A stretch of 49,201 nt of DNA from Octopus bimaculoides (taxonomy: Eukaryota). A program made the position numbers and the translations under genes. The DNA is taken from contig NC_068993.1 of the NCBI RefSeq assembly GCF_001194135.2, positions 30,648,388-30,697,588 of the forward strand, read 5' to 3'. Position 1 is the first letter of the stretch, and every line of letters begins with the position of its first letter. The notes below the pieces were generated by a model that worked only from the letters and a program-made list of their open reading frames with translations, was not told the DNA's origin and made no database searches. Positions 1 through 12,200 of this stretch are shown piece after piece.

Positions 1-960
1 ACTTCCACCCCCACATCCACAAACCTAACAACTCTGGTCGCTCAATCGTCTCTGCCTGCAACAGCTCCACCAAAATCATCTCCTGATATCCTGACCGTGT
101 CCTTGCCCCCTAGAGGCTTCCTTCCCCTCTCACATCCATGACACCAACCATGCACTTCGTTTGTTCAACTCTTTCTCCTTGCCTCCTGGCCCCTGTAAAT
201 TTCTCTTGACATCAAAGGCCTAGACACGGTAATCCATCACCCCGAGGGGCTGTGTGCACTCCAACATTTCCGTGAACTTCGACCGAACCCCCAGTCTGAC
301 ACATCCACACTCCTTCGTCTGGCCGAACATGTCCACTCACTTAACTGTTTCTCGTTCGCGGGTGATTTTTACCAGCAATCTCGGTAGTGGCCATGGAAAT
401 GAGGATGGGCCCCAAATATGCGACCTGTTCGTTGGCTACGTTGAGGCCAAAATATTCTCAAGTTTTACTGGTCCCACTCCGGAACTATACGGTCGTTATA
501 TTGACGACTGTATCGGTGCGACCAGACTTTCCTGCGAACATCTAGATTTCTTCCTCTCGTTTGTCAAATCTTACAATTCTGCCCTCCACTTCTGTACTAT
601 TTCTGACACTTCAGTTGCTTTTCTCGATATTTCGGTCAGCATTCATCAGTCCACTTTCACCACTTCCATCCACTACAAACACATAGACTCACACTCATGC
701 CTCAACTTCTCCTTCTCCCCCCTAAACACACTAAGCTCTTCATCCCCTATTCCCAATTCTTCCGTCTACGCAGGCTCTGCAGTGACGCCCTTGACTTTGA
801 GACTCAGTCTCAACTCATGGCTCGCCATTTCATCCTACTTGGATGACACCCTCACCACTATCCACACCACCCTTGGCAGAGGACGTTCCGTGGACTGTGC
901 ATCTGTGCTCTCTCCCCCGCACCCGTCCAGCCGTCAGCCGTCTCCCGTTTCCTCTCAACT
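1..960 (+). mobile_element. Penelope-like element (PLE) reverse transcriptase fragment, Neptune-like, degenerate; truncated by window start and N gap
   Basis: Translations HIHKPNNSGRSIVSAC (cf. PLE PKIHK..GRPIVS), DTNHALRLFNSF, LFVGYVEAKIF, YGRYIDDC (YIDD at 497-508), FLDISV and YKHIDSHSCL, with stops and frameshifts. Confidence 0.85.
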
Positions 961-1869
961 ACCACCGCACCACNNNNNNNNNNNNNNNNNNNNNNNNNNN
1001 NNNNNNNNNNNNNNNNNNNNNNNNNNNNNNNNNNNNNNNNNNNNNNNNNNNNNNNNNNNNNNNNNNNNNNNNNNNNNNNNNNNNNNNNNNNNNNNNNNNN
1101 NNNNNNNNNNNNNNNNNNNNNNNNNNNNNNNNNNNNNNNNNNNNNNNNNNNNNNNNNNNNNNNNNNNNNNNNNNNNNNNNNNNNNNNNNNNNNNNNNNNN
1201 NNNNNNNNNNNNNNNNNNNNNNNNNNNNNNNNNNNNNNNNNNNNNNNNNNNNNNNNNNNNNNNNNNNNNNNNNNNNNNNNNNNNNNNNNNNNNNNNNNNN
1301 NNNNNNNNNNNNNNNNNNNNNNNNNNNNNNNNNNNNNNNNNNNNNNNNNNNNNNNNNNNNNNNNNNNNNNNNNNNNNNNNNNNNNNNNNNNNNNNNNNNN
1401 NNNNNNNNNNNNNNNNNNNNNNNNNNNNNNNNNNNNNNNNNNNNNNNNNNNNNNNNNNNNNNNNNNNNNNNNNNNNNNNNNNNNNNNNNNNNNNNNNNNN
1501 NNNNNNNNNNNNNNNNNNNNNNNNNNNNNNNNNNNNNNNNNNNNNNNNNNNNNNNNNNNNNACACCACTACACCACACCAACACCACTACACCACACCAC
1601 ACACCACCACACCATAGCACCACACCACAAACCTCTGCACCACAGACCACCATACCACACCACACCACATCATACCACCCCGCACACACCAGCCCTGGCC
1701 ACTTCCCAGCGCCCAGACTAGCGCACACAGAAGCACTGACCACTTCCTAGCACCCACACCATCAGCTACAAACCTACACAGACGCACACGTCAAGGTTAC
1801 CAGCCCCATCCACATGCACATACACGCTCTCACATACACATACACGGCACATTCGTTTTGGAATTACCA

Positions 1870-2116
1870 ATACTTTAGTATCTTCCCTTCTTCCTGGCTC
1901 TCCTGTGTCACCCCTCTGTCCGGCATTCGCCATGATAGATTGCTATCCACTAAACCTTTTTTATTTTATCTCCCTGTTTATTTCTACTTTCCTTTCTGTC
2001 GAAGAGCATAGGCTCGAAACGTAAAAGACTTTCTCACTTCACGAAGGTTAAACTAGTACGTCTGTTTGTTGTTTACACACCCGTTTTCGTCTTTTGTTTT
2101 TTGGTAAATTCTCACT
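1870..2116 (+). mobile_element. PLE terminal (pseudo-LTR-like) segment ending at a (TA)n tract
   Basis: Lies downstream of the PLE RT in the same orientation, contains a hammerhead-like motif, and resembles a second short copy at 9262-9318. Confidence 0.5.
1992..2027 (+). ncRNA. Minimal type I hammerhead-ribozyme-like motif with a core substitution
   Basis: cttt-CTGTCGA-a-gagc-atag-gctc-GAAA-C-GTA-aaag: stem I cttt/aaag, stem II gagc/gctc, GAAAC followed by a GUH triplet. CUGANGA reads CUGUCGA. Confidence 0.45.
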
Positions 2117-2682
2117 TCATATACGTATATGTATATATATATGTATATATATATTTATATATATATATATATATATNNNNNNNNNNNNNNNNNNNNNNNN
2201 NNNNNNNNNNNNNNNNNNNNNNNNNNNNNNNNNNNNNNNNNNNNNNNNNNNNNNNNNNNNNNNNNNNNNNNNNNNNNNNNNNNNNNNNNNNNNNNNNNNN
2301 NNNNNNNNNNNNNNNNNNNNNNNNNNNNNNNNNNNNNNNNNNNNNNNNNNNNNNNNNNNNNNNNNNNNNNNNNNNNNNATGCAACTGTCTAAGGGATAAA
2401 TGTATCCCTAGTCATAACTGGTGTATTACCTCACTTTGTATAGTCCGTGCTATAAGGTTAACAGTAGTTGGTAATTTAAATGGTAAAACCGTTGTTTAAT
2501 ATACTCAGATAAAGAAAAGAAATAAAGCAACAATTAACAATTAGAAGTTGATCATTGGTATTAAAGGTCATAGTTTAATTGGAGTTCAAGAACATATACA
2601 GCTTTTTCAGTTTGTTATTTCGAAGTAAATTTGCATTTATCTTTGTTCCATTTAACAAACATCGTCAGAATGCTTTAGAGTT

Positions 2683-2947
2683 TATCGGAGGAATATAGAC
2701 AGGAGAAAAAGGAAAATGATAAGGAAAAGAGAGAAAGGAAAAACAGTTCGTTAAGTCTTTAGGCTTACATTTTTGTGCCCTTATAGGTTCGTCGTATGTG
2801 TACATTTCTTCAATTAGATGAATGGAGCAATCAGTGGGGAAAATTGAAGAAACGTATACACACGAAGAACCTAAAAGGGCACAAATATGTAAGCCTAAAG
2901 ACTTAACAAACATTTTTTCTCTTTTTGTCCTATCTATATTCCTCCGA

Positions 2948-2949
<2 letters not shown>
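2683..2949. repeat. Foldback / MITE-like long inverted repeat
   Basis: Arm 2684-2815 matches the reverse complement of 2842-2948 apart from scattered substitutions and one indel of roughly 25 nt; 26-nt loop; TA at both outer ends (TA-TCGGAGG...CCTCCGA-TA). Confidence 0.8.
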
Positions 2950-3014
<65 letters not shown>

Positions 3015-3166
3015 ACAATGTATAATATTCGAGAGATATATTCGTACGTATATTATTCGTTTTATAGATCTCTCTCTCCCTCTTTCTCTCTCTCCCTCTT
3101 TCTCTCTCTCCCTCTTTCTCTCTCTCCCTCTTTCTCTCTCTCCCTCTTTCTCTCTCNNNNNNNNNN

Positions 3167-3220
<54 letters not shown>

Positions 3221-3255
3221 CATATAAAAATGTGTGTGTGTGTGTGTGTGTGTAT
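2947..3255. repeat. Compound microsatellite (ATCT)n/(CT)n/(TA)n/(TG)n
   Basis: Direct reading of the sequence; includes a short N gap and some unique sequence. Confidence 0.9.
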
Positions 3256-3486
3256 GAGAACAGATACACATAAACATATGTATTGCGTTAAAGAAGTCAA
3301 AGTGTACTTTCACTGTCTATATTACTCTCTTATTTCCTCACTCAATGTCTATAACATGCCTAATTTCCAGTCTATCTAAAATCTACTTATCTACAATTAC
3401 TGATCTTCCTCTCTCTCTCTCAGTATATATATATCTGACCACTTATACTTTTTCCGCGATCCAATGTAAAATTCTTTTATCTATAT

Positions 3487-3643
3487 CTCTTTTACTTGTT
3501 TCAGTCATTTGACTGCGGCCATTCTGGAGCACCACCTTTAGTCGAGCAAATCGACCCCATGATTTATTCTTTGTAAGCCTAGTACTTATTCTATCGGTCT
3601 CTTTTGCCGAACCGCAAAGTTACAAGGACGTAAACACGCCAGC
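3487..3643 (-). mobile_element. SINE family B, 3' portion
   Basis: cttttacttgtttcagtcatttgactgcggcc..ggagcacc..tagtcgagcaaatcgacccc..ctagtacttattctatcgg matches the copies at 5061, 6803, 8925 and 24528. Confidence 0.85.
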
Positions 3644-5060
3644 AGTTTTTCTCTCTAAACTATATCAACCACTGCAAATTGTTTGAGGAACACAGCTAGA
3701 TATATGCCCATCATTTTAATCTAATATGAATCATTCTAATCTAGTGAATCATTTTAATCTAAAGTGATACATAATTTCATTTTCGACGTTCTTTGAGTGA
3801 AACTGACATTTAGTTCATAGTTAGTCATTCGTGGATATAACTAACGGACACATATATACAACATACATGCACATACGAACACATAAATATATATTCAGTT
3901 GAGAAAGAGTCAAAATACCTGCGGTGTTTTGCCATTTTCTGAGATCAAATCCAGTTTGACTTGCGCTTTTAATATTCCGAAATAAGAATTCATTAAAGTA
4001 CTGAGATTGACTGAAATCCATTGCTAGAGGCTTGTATACCTACTTCTGTAATGTAGTCCCTTGGGAGAAGACAGTAAATGAGTACTCAAATTATATTTAG
4101 CTCGGTACAAATGCTGAATTATTTGTTGGGGTACAGTTTTATGTACGTTCTCTACTTTGTGTTACGAAAAAAATATGCTTGCTCACTCTTCTGAGTTATT
4201 AAATATAAGACAAGAGGTGGTACCCAAGTGTAGACACAACAAACATCTTTAAAAAAAATGCCCTTTCAACCAAAAGTCATGCGCCAAATATAGCGACTGC
4301 TTGAAGCACAATATTCTCTCAGTCAACTGGAAGAAAGTGTTGCCAACAAGTAATTCAAACAAGCAAAAGAATGCGCACGCGTTTACACACACACACGCGC
4401 GCACACGTACACGCACATACATTAGTAACGCACGCAACACTCTAATACACGCACACAACACACACAGACACTAACACACACAAACACACAAATACACACA
4501 GTCACTAGAACACATGACCACACACACACACACACGCATGCACACACTAACACACGCACACAGCACACTAACACATACACATGCACTCACACAAACACAC
4601 ACACACGCACACACGCTGAAATACACAAACATATTTTAATGAAGGTAATTTTTAAATGCAATTCTGAAAAAAGACACCGTTCTGAAAGTGATTTTCACAT
4701 CTTCATGAGCCCTTATTCGCTTGATCCGGGCGTCTTCATACTCGTACGCACCAAAAAACTTATGTAATGTGCAGGAGCAAGTGAGAATGTATACCCAAAG
4801 ACTAAGACGACTAGTCTAACGAAAGTTGAGCTAGCTATATCCTATATTTCATAACACCCTGTGAATTTAGCAAAGTTTTAGAGGTAAGTCTTTAGCTGAT
4901 ACCAAAATTTCCTCCAGTTGAATAACATAACTAGCATTATCTTGCATGATCCTTTTGAAAGCGTGGCAAACCTGTTTATCATATTACTAGAGTGTCAGTC
5001 GTCATATGATGGGCAGGAAAGTGACTATACTTCTGCCATTGTGGTTAGTATCAGGTATTC

Positions 5061-5282
5061 TTTTACTCTTTTACTTGTTTCAGTCATCTGATTGCGGCCA
5101 TGCTGGAGCGCCGCCTCTAGAGGGTTTTAGTCGAAGAAATCGATCCCGGGACTTATTCTTTGCAAGCCTAGTACTTATTCTATCGGTCACTTTTGCTGAA
5201 ACCGCTAAGTTATGGGGACATAAACACACCAGCATCGGTTGTTAAGAAATGGCGGAGGCAACAAACACAGATACATAAACAC
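5061..5282 (-). mobile_element. SINE family B, 3' portion
   Basis: Same motif series as 3487-3643, running into a (CA)n tract. Confidence 0.85.
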
Positions 5283-5366
5283 ATAAATACATGCATACAT
5301 ACATACACACAGACACACACACACACAGACACACACNNNNNNNNNNCACACACACATATATATATA

Positions 5367-6263
5367 CATCTGATCAATAAGTGTCCGGACTTTTGCAATA
5401 GTAACGAAGCTATAGCACGCAGAGTGAAGCCGCTTGAGACACTTTGACCACCAGCACTGTTGTGTAGGTGCACAAGGCTTTAACGTTCTACCCCACTTCT
5501 GCTGTTTACATCAGTGCTTGGAAGGAAGGCGAGTAGCGTGTGATCGTTGCATTGACCTTCACAGAAAATTGTCAGGGCGATGCCTGCTCTGAGGCCTACA
5601 CAAAGTTGCACAAAGTTATGGAAAGGAATGTACGAACAGCATACATGTGTACGAGTGGTTCAGAGGTTTCCAAGACGGCCGAAAAAGATTCGATATTGAC
5701 GAACATCCTGAGAGACCCGCAACGAGCAGAACAGAGAAAAACAAACATCGCAGATGTGCGTTCAGCTGTGGGGGGAAATCAAATCGTCGAATCACCATCT
5801 GTGAGTTATCAGAGGATGTGCAGATTAGTTACGGTTCAGTTCAGTCCACTATCACTGAAGATTTGGGTATGAGACGCGTGTCGGTCAAGTTTGTGTCAAA
5901 ACGGCTTTCAGCTGAGCAAAAAGACACTCGGGTTTCAGTTGTACAAGATCTTCTAGATTGTAGCGAGAACGATGGAAATTCTTTGGAAACTTTGCATAGG
6001 CCTCTGAGTAGGTATAGCCAAGCTTTTGGCAAAATTTGATGCAGATTCTCTACTCAACATTCTCTGTCATGGTCAGTGCTACGGTCACACGCTACACACG
6101 TTCTTTCCAAGCACTGCTGTAAATAGCGGCAATGAGCTAGAACGTTAATACTTAGTGCGTATGCACAGCAGATTTCAAAGTTAATCTGTGCCAGGCGGCT
6201 TTACTCTGCGTACTTTAGCTTCGCTACTATAGCGATAGTCCTGATATTTATTGATCAAAGCAC

Positions 6264-6264
<1 letters not shown>
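5367..6264 (+). mobile_element. Mariner derivative: transposase N-terminal half closed by an inverted copy of the element's 5' end
   Basis: TA-flanked. Frames give YEWFRGFQDG, ERPATSRTEK and LGMRRVSVKFVSKRLS (HTH region and WVPxxL-like motif). 5985-6264 is the reverse complement of about 5367-5612, including the TIR and MTENVE*RICIKFCQKLG. Confidence 0.85.
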
Positions 6265-6301
<37 letters not shown>

Positions 6302-6802
6302 NNNNNNNNNNNNNNNNNNNNNNNNNNNNNNNNNNNNNNNNNNNNNNNNNNNNNNNNNNNNNNNNNNNNNNNNNNNNNNNNNNNNNNNNNNNNNNNNNNN
6401 NNNNNNNNNNNNNNNNNNNNNNNNNNNNNNNNNNNNNNNNNNNNNNNNNNNNNNNNNNNNNNNNNNNNNNNNNNNNNNNNNNNNNNNNNNNNNNNNNNNN
6501 NNNNNNNNNNNNNNNNNNNNNNNNNNNNNNNNNNNNNNNNNNNNNNNNNNNNNNNNNNNNNNNNNNNNNNNNNNNNNNNNNNNNNNNNNNNNNNNNNNNN
6601 NNNNNNNNNNNNNNNNNNNNNNNNNNNNNNNNNNNNNNNNNNNNNNNNNNNNNNNNNNNNNNNNNNNNNNNNNNNNNNNNNNNNNNNNNNNNNNNAATGC
6701 TTTCAAATTTCACGGTGTTTATACAATATAATGAAATTAATTAAAATTTGAAAATAACATTAATTACTTTAAAAAAGTTAAAATACTACAATATATTCTT
6801 TT

Positions 6803-7180
6803 TATTCTATTACTTGTTTCAGTCATTACACTATGGCCATACTCGAGCACTGCCTTAATGGATTTTGGTTAAAAAAGTCGACCCCAGGATTTATTCTCTG
6901 CAACCTTAGTACTTATTCTATCGGTCTCTTTTGCGAAACCGCTTGGTTACGAGGGCAGAAAACACCAGCATCGCTTGTAAAGCAATGACGGGGTTCAAAC
7001 ACATGCACACACACCCATATATACGACAGGTTTCTTTCAGTTTCCGTCTACTTAATGCACTCACAAGGCCTTGGTCGGCCCGAGGCTATAGTAAAAGACA
7101 CTTACCAAAGGTGCCACGCAGTGGGACTGAACACGGAACCATGTGGTTAGAAGGCAAAGTTCTTACCACACAGCCACTTG
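6803..7180 (-). mobile_element. SINE family B, near full length (tRNA-like head, CORE-like segment, internal CA/TA tract, 3' tail)
   Basis: Minus strand reads gtggctgtgtggtaag (A-box-like), gttcagtccc (B-box-like) and ggcacctttggtaagtgtctt (CORE-like), followed by the shared 3' body. Confidence 0.85.
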
Positions 7181-7380
7181 GAATCTATGTTACCAATGAA
7201 AATAATATTTGACTAATATTCTGATAATGGAGTTTGACTTTGCTTTGTTTTTCATTTTGTTGTAAATTCAGGAAACAATTATTTGGAAAACTTGATACAT
7301 TCGTTCGTTTCATTCAATCTTGTGTCCAACTGTGCTGAGTACAGGACGTACTTGTTTAAGGTATGATATTCTAATACACT

Positions 7381-7790
7381 TTTATACTTTTACTTGTGTC
7401 AATCACTGAACAGCGGTTAATGAGGGGCACTATATTGCATGGTTTCATAGAACAAATCACCCCATACATATTTTTAGGTCTAATAGTTATTCTATCGACC
7501 CATTTTTTTTACGAGAGGCAGAGATATGGGGCGTAAATAAACCAACATCGCTTCTAATGTGGTGGAGGAGAAACACATGCACGAACACATCCATATACAT
7601 ACATACATACATATGCACACATACGGCTCGCTTCCAAATAGAATCTGTGTATAGATTTCACTCACAAAGAATTGATCTATCCGGATCTGTAGTAGAAGAC
7701 ATTTGCTCAATGTGCCACGTAGAAATACTGAACTTAAAACTACGCGGGTGCGAAACGAAGCCTTTGAACACACAACCATGTCTGCGGTTA
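7381..7790 (-). mobile_element. Old, degraded SINE family B copy
   Basis: Same motif order as 6803-7180 (tail, ttattctatcg, CA tract, tagtagaagacatttgc) with many substitutions. Confidence 0.6.
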
Positions 7791-8872
7791 GTAAAACTGT
7801 TCGTACAGAAATGAATTATAGCATGTTTATTAAGCTGATCTTTCTGACTTTTCTTGTTTAGTGTTGTTGATTCAGTAAACTAATATATATATAAAAAGAC
7901 TGTATACATGTAATATACCGACAATATTTATGCCGTCTGCTCCTTCGGATGCTTGTTACTTACAATCTTACTCTCCTATACTAATACTCTTTCCCCCATG
8001 TCCTACTTTACTCTCACACTGTCTTTCTACTCTTTACTCGTTTTACTTTACCCATCTCTTTTATGACAAATTAATGGTGGTTTGAAAGACAAGAGTTTTC
8101 ATTTCTCGCATTTCAGTAATCTTATTTGTTGCATTTATTTTATTTCAACTGTTACAGTAGTTATTTGCTGTGACAGCAACGAACTACAGGTTTGAGAAAA
8201 ATATGTATAAACTGCTTAATTATAAAGTGTTTCGTCTACAAAATTAACATGGCTCTAATTTGTTTTTCTCTTTCATAAGAAGCAATCTGAATTTCAAGGG
8301 AATTAATTTTGTTTTGTAATTGTATTAATAAACTCTCTTAAAATATCCACCTCCAACATGCTTCCTCTTTTAATCTANNNNNNNNNNNNNNNNNNNNNNN
8401 NNNNNNNNNNNNNNNNNNNNNNNNNNNNNNNNNNNNNNNNNNNNNNNNNNNNNNNNNNNNNNNNNNNNNNNNNNNNNNNNNNNNNNNNNNNNNNNNNNNN
8501 NNNNNNNNNNNNNNNNNNNNNNNNNNNNNNNNNNNNNNNNNNNNNNNNNNNNNNNNNNNNNNNNNNNNNNNNNNNNNNNNNNNNNNNNNNNNNNNNNNNN
8601 AATAAAAAATATCTACAACTATGTTCATATGTGAAAAGATACATTCACATGTCTATATATTCACACACACATACACATACATACATACACGCACACACAC
8701 ACACACACACTTGTATTATTGATTGTTTCTGACAAGTATTTTATAAGTTACAATATAATATTTTTGTGTTTTCCTTATTAAAGTTTTGCCTGTGCATCTA
8801 TTGTGCTAGTGTATATATTTTACTTTTAGTTATGTGAGCATATTATACATATATTGTATAAATTATTATATA

Positions 8873-8900
8873 CTAGCAAAGATACCCGGCCTTGCTCGGG
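8873..8900 (-). mobile_element. Helitron 3'-end remnant (GC-rich hairpin plus CTAG)
   Basis: Minus strand cccgagcaaggccggg-tatctttg-CTAG-t, the typical hairpin-spacer-CTRR Helitron terminus. Confidence 0.5.
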
Positions 8901-8924
8901 ATTAAAATGGCATAGATTTTTATT

Positions 8925-9222
8925 GCTTTACTTGGTTCAGTCATGTGACTGCGGCCATGGTGGAGCACTGCCGTTGGTCGAAGAAATCAACCACAGGATT
9001 TATTCTTTGTAAGCCTAGTACTCATTGTGTCAGTGTCTTTTACCAAACCGCTAAGTTACGGGAATGTAAACACAGCAACATCAGTTGTTAAGCAATGGTG
9101 GGGGTACATACACAAGTCACAGGCACAAACATATAGAAGTATACACATATATACGACAGTCTTCTTTCAGTTTCCGAGTAAGAAATCCAATCAAGATTTT
9201 GGTCAGCCTGAAGCTATAGTAA

Positions 9223-9223
<1 letters not shown>
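8925..9223 (-). mobile_element. SINE family B copy lacking the 5' head
   Basis: ttcagtcatgtgactgcggcc...ccgctaagttacggg...ttctttcagtttccg matches the other family B copies. Confidence 0.8.
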
Positions 9224-9258
<35 letters not shown>

Positions 9259-9261
9259 CGT

Positions 9262-9318
9262 CATACTAATATATACTTTTGTTATTTACACCACCTGTCC
9301 TCGTCTGTTGTTATTATT
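9262..9318 (+). mobile_element. Short PLE terminal fragment between a (TA)n tract and an N gap
   Basis: actaatatatacttttgttatttacaccacctgtcctcgtctgttg resembles 2054-2100 (actagtacgtctgtttgttgtttacacacccgttttcgtctttt). Confidence 0.4.
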
Positions 9319-9629
9319 TNNNNNNNNNNNNNNNNNNNNNNNNNNNNNNNNNNNNNNNNNNNNNNNNNNNNNNNNNNNNNNNNNNNNNNNNNNNNNNNNN
9401 NNNNNNNNNNNNNNNNNNNNNNNNNNNNNNNNNNNNNNNNNNNNNNNNNNNNNNNNNNNNNNNNNNNNNNNNNNNNNNNNNNNNNNNNNNNNNNNNNNNN
9501 NNNNNNNNNNNNNNNNNNNNNNNNNNNNNNNNNNNNATATACATGAAGTTTCGTAACATTGTTTACGAAATAATAGCTGATCGTTTGCGAAGGACTGTGT
9601 CTACAGTGAACACTGAGGATTTTTGCTCT

Positions 9630-9770
9630 GGTAACTACTGCTGTCTCCCATGTTCACGCACGACCAGTTATATGTTGGTATGAGTAGAGCAACGGATCCA
9701 GCAAATTTGGAAATTAGTTGTGGAGAAACAGAGAATATCGTTTATATTGTGTATCACTCAGTAAAAAGAC
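9630..9770 (+). mobile_element. Helitron Pif1-like helicase C-terminal fragment (motif VI)
   Basis: MFTHDQLYVGMSRATDP...ETENIVY matches the Helitron FSHGQLYVAxSR...TxNIVY pattern. Confidence 0.65.
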
Positions 9771-10036
9771 GAAATTTAAAAAATCTGTTATCTCTGTCTC
9801 TGCTTACACCGTCACTAGAAGGGGACTTAACTCATGTTTGCAAATGGCTGCGACTTGAAAATTGTTAAGTTATGGTTTAAAGTGAATTTTTAATGCAAAA
9901 ATTCACGTGTTAGGAAGCAAAAAAAAACAAACAAAAAAAAAACAAATGGCCGATTCCGGGCATTTTCGAACATGAGGAATCCATTGGTGCGACTTCCAGA
10001 TTGCTATCTTGTAAGGTGTGCATTTCTATAGATGCA

Positions 10037-10067
<31 letters not shown>

Positions 10068-12055
10068 CAACTTTACAATATGTACTGATTTGTATTGATA
10101 TGTATGGATTTATTCATAAACACAGATAAACTGATATTTAGAATAAATTCATAGTATTCAGTGTATGGTTCAGTGGCTTTTTCCTTCTTTCGTATTACTT
10201 CTGTATTTCTTATACTATAGATGTTTCGTTCAATTAAATTTAACTTTAAATAAAGTGTATTATTAATTCATAAATATACAAATGGGTTTCTATTCCACAT
10301 ATCTCCCTCTGTCTGAATGTTTATGAAGTTACGTACGGTAGCACCTATATTTTTAATTGCATGTTGATGTGAATATTGTCTTATACCTGTCCTGTAGTTT
10401 TTTGTCTGATATTAATTTGCAGTCCGTTAGCATTTATCAATACATAGATTTTGTTCTTAGAAAGTAATTTAACAATTTTGAGGTATAACGGCTTGTCCCT
10501 ACATTAATAGTGTTGAAATATTTGTCGTATTTTTGTTTACGTGATTATTACGCATAGCCTGTTTCATTTTGTTTTAGAGTTCATTCAATATTAATTTACA
10601 GAGATTTATGTCTAGATTTTAATATACATAAGGGATTATTTTTAACGCATTTTCTTGCTTAACTTTAGCTTTTACATACCTGCCACTCATGAAATATAAA
10701 TAGATTATATTTTGTCTTTGGTATTACAGATATAAATATACATTAAGCTATTTCTTGTAAATTTATCATAATTTTCTATGAAGCTTCAAGTGTTCCTCTC
10801 CTCCATTATCTCATAGTTATTTGACGTGCGAGAAACAGTTTAAAGGAATCATATTAAAATTCTCATAAGTTTTCAGTAAATATAAACAACAACATTTTAT
10901 ATTAAAATGACTCAAACGATGTTAGAATATTCTAGAAATTTAAAATTGTATTTTAAATGTCTTCATATATATATATATANNNNNNNNNNNNNNNNNNNNN
11001 NNNNNNNNNNNNNNNNNNNNNNNNNNNNNNNNNNNNNNNNNNNNNNNNNNNNNNNNNNNNNNNNNNNNNNNNNNNNNNNNNNNNNNNNNNNNNNNNNNNN
11101 NNNNNNNNNNNNNNNNNNNNNNNNNNNNNNNNNNNNNNNNNNNNNNNNNNNNNNNNNNNNNNNNNNNNNNNNNNNNNNNNNNNNNNNNNNNNNNNNNNNN
11201 NNNNNNNNNNNNNNNNNNNNNNNNNNNNNNNNNNNNNNNNNNNNNNNNNNNNNNNNNNNNNNNNNNNNNNNNNNNNNNNNNNNNNNNNNNNNNNNNNNNN
11301 NNNNNNNNNNNNNNNNNNNNNNNNNNNNNNNNNNNNNNNNNNNNNNNNNNNNNNNNNNNNNNNNNNNNNNNNNNNNNNNNNNNNNNNNNNNNNNNNNNNN
11401 NNNNNNNNNNNNNNNNNNNNNNNNNNNNNNNNNNNNNNNNNNNNNNNNNNNNNNNNNNNNNNNNNNNNNNNNNNNNNNNNNNNNNNNNNNNNNNNNNNNN
11501 NNTAGGCCCGAAATTATAGTGGAAAACATTTGCCCAAGATTCCCTGTGTTGGAACTGAGCCCCGAACCCCAAGTTTCTTATACTGTACGATGAAGAAAAT
11601 GAAAAACTTGATAATGAGATAAACTCGTGGAATAGAGTGATAAAAGTGGATATAAGAAGAGTGAAGGGGTTGCCCGGGTACATGCGCTGTGTGATGGCAG
11701 ACCTGGGGTGCTTTCGAGATTAAAGGATTACGAAGAAGACTGTGACTATGAGTGGTGGGTAAAGAAAATAGACACCAGCACAATTTCAGAACGGGTAAGC
11801 TGCTTTGATATTTTAAAAAATATAACAAACATTTTGCGTAAAATGTTAAAAACTAGTTGTTGGAAACGGTGTTACTAATAGTGCTTTAAACCAGTATATG
11901 AAAAAAAGAAGTTGTATTAACAGGTTCAATGAAGTCGCTCATTCCATTTTTTCGCTATATTCAGTTCACCTTTCCATTCGTTTTGTTTTTTTGTCCCAAC
12001 CTTGTGCTATCCCCTCTATGTAAGGCCTTCATAGCCAATTTCATGAAATAAAGAT

Positions 12056-12200
12056 GCTTGCATCCCAGCCACATGGTTCTGGGTTTAATTCCACTGCATG
12101 GCACTCTGGGTAAGTGTCATCTCTTATAGCCTCGGGCCGGCCAAAGCCATGAGAGTGGATTTGGTAGACGGAAACTGACAGAAGCCCGTCGTATGTATGT
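12056..12200 (+). mobile_element. SINE family B, 5' half
   Basis: ccacatggttctgggtttaattccactgcatggcactctgggtaagtgtc..tatagcctcgggccggccaaagcc..ggatttggtagacggaaactg is the complement of the head region of the 6803-7180 copy. Confidence 0.8.

Noticed and set aside
254-1750. 498-aa ORF and the other long ORFs containing X runs (for example 10907-11683, 12689-13510, 22989-23949)
   Set aside because: They are open only because they cross N gaps and microsatellites; only the PLE RT part of the first one is meaningful.
4650-4820. Minus-strand open stretch FFGAYEYEDARIKRIRAHEDVKITFRT
   Set aside because: No start codon, no convincing splice sites and no recognisable family.
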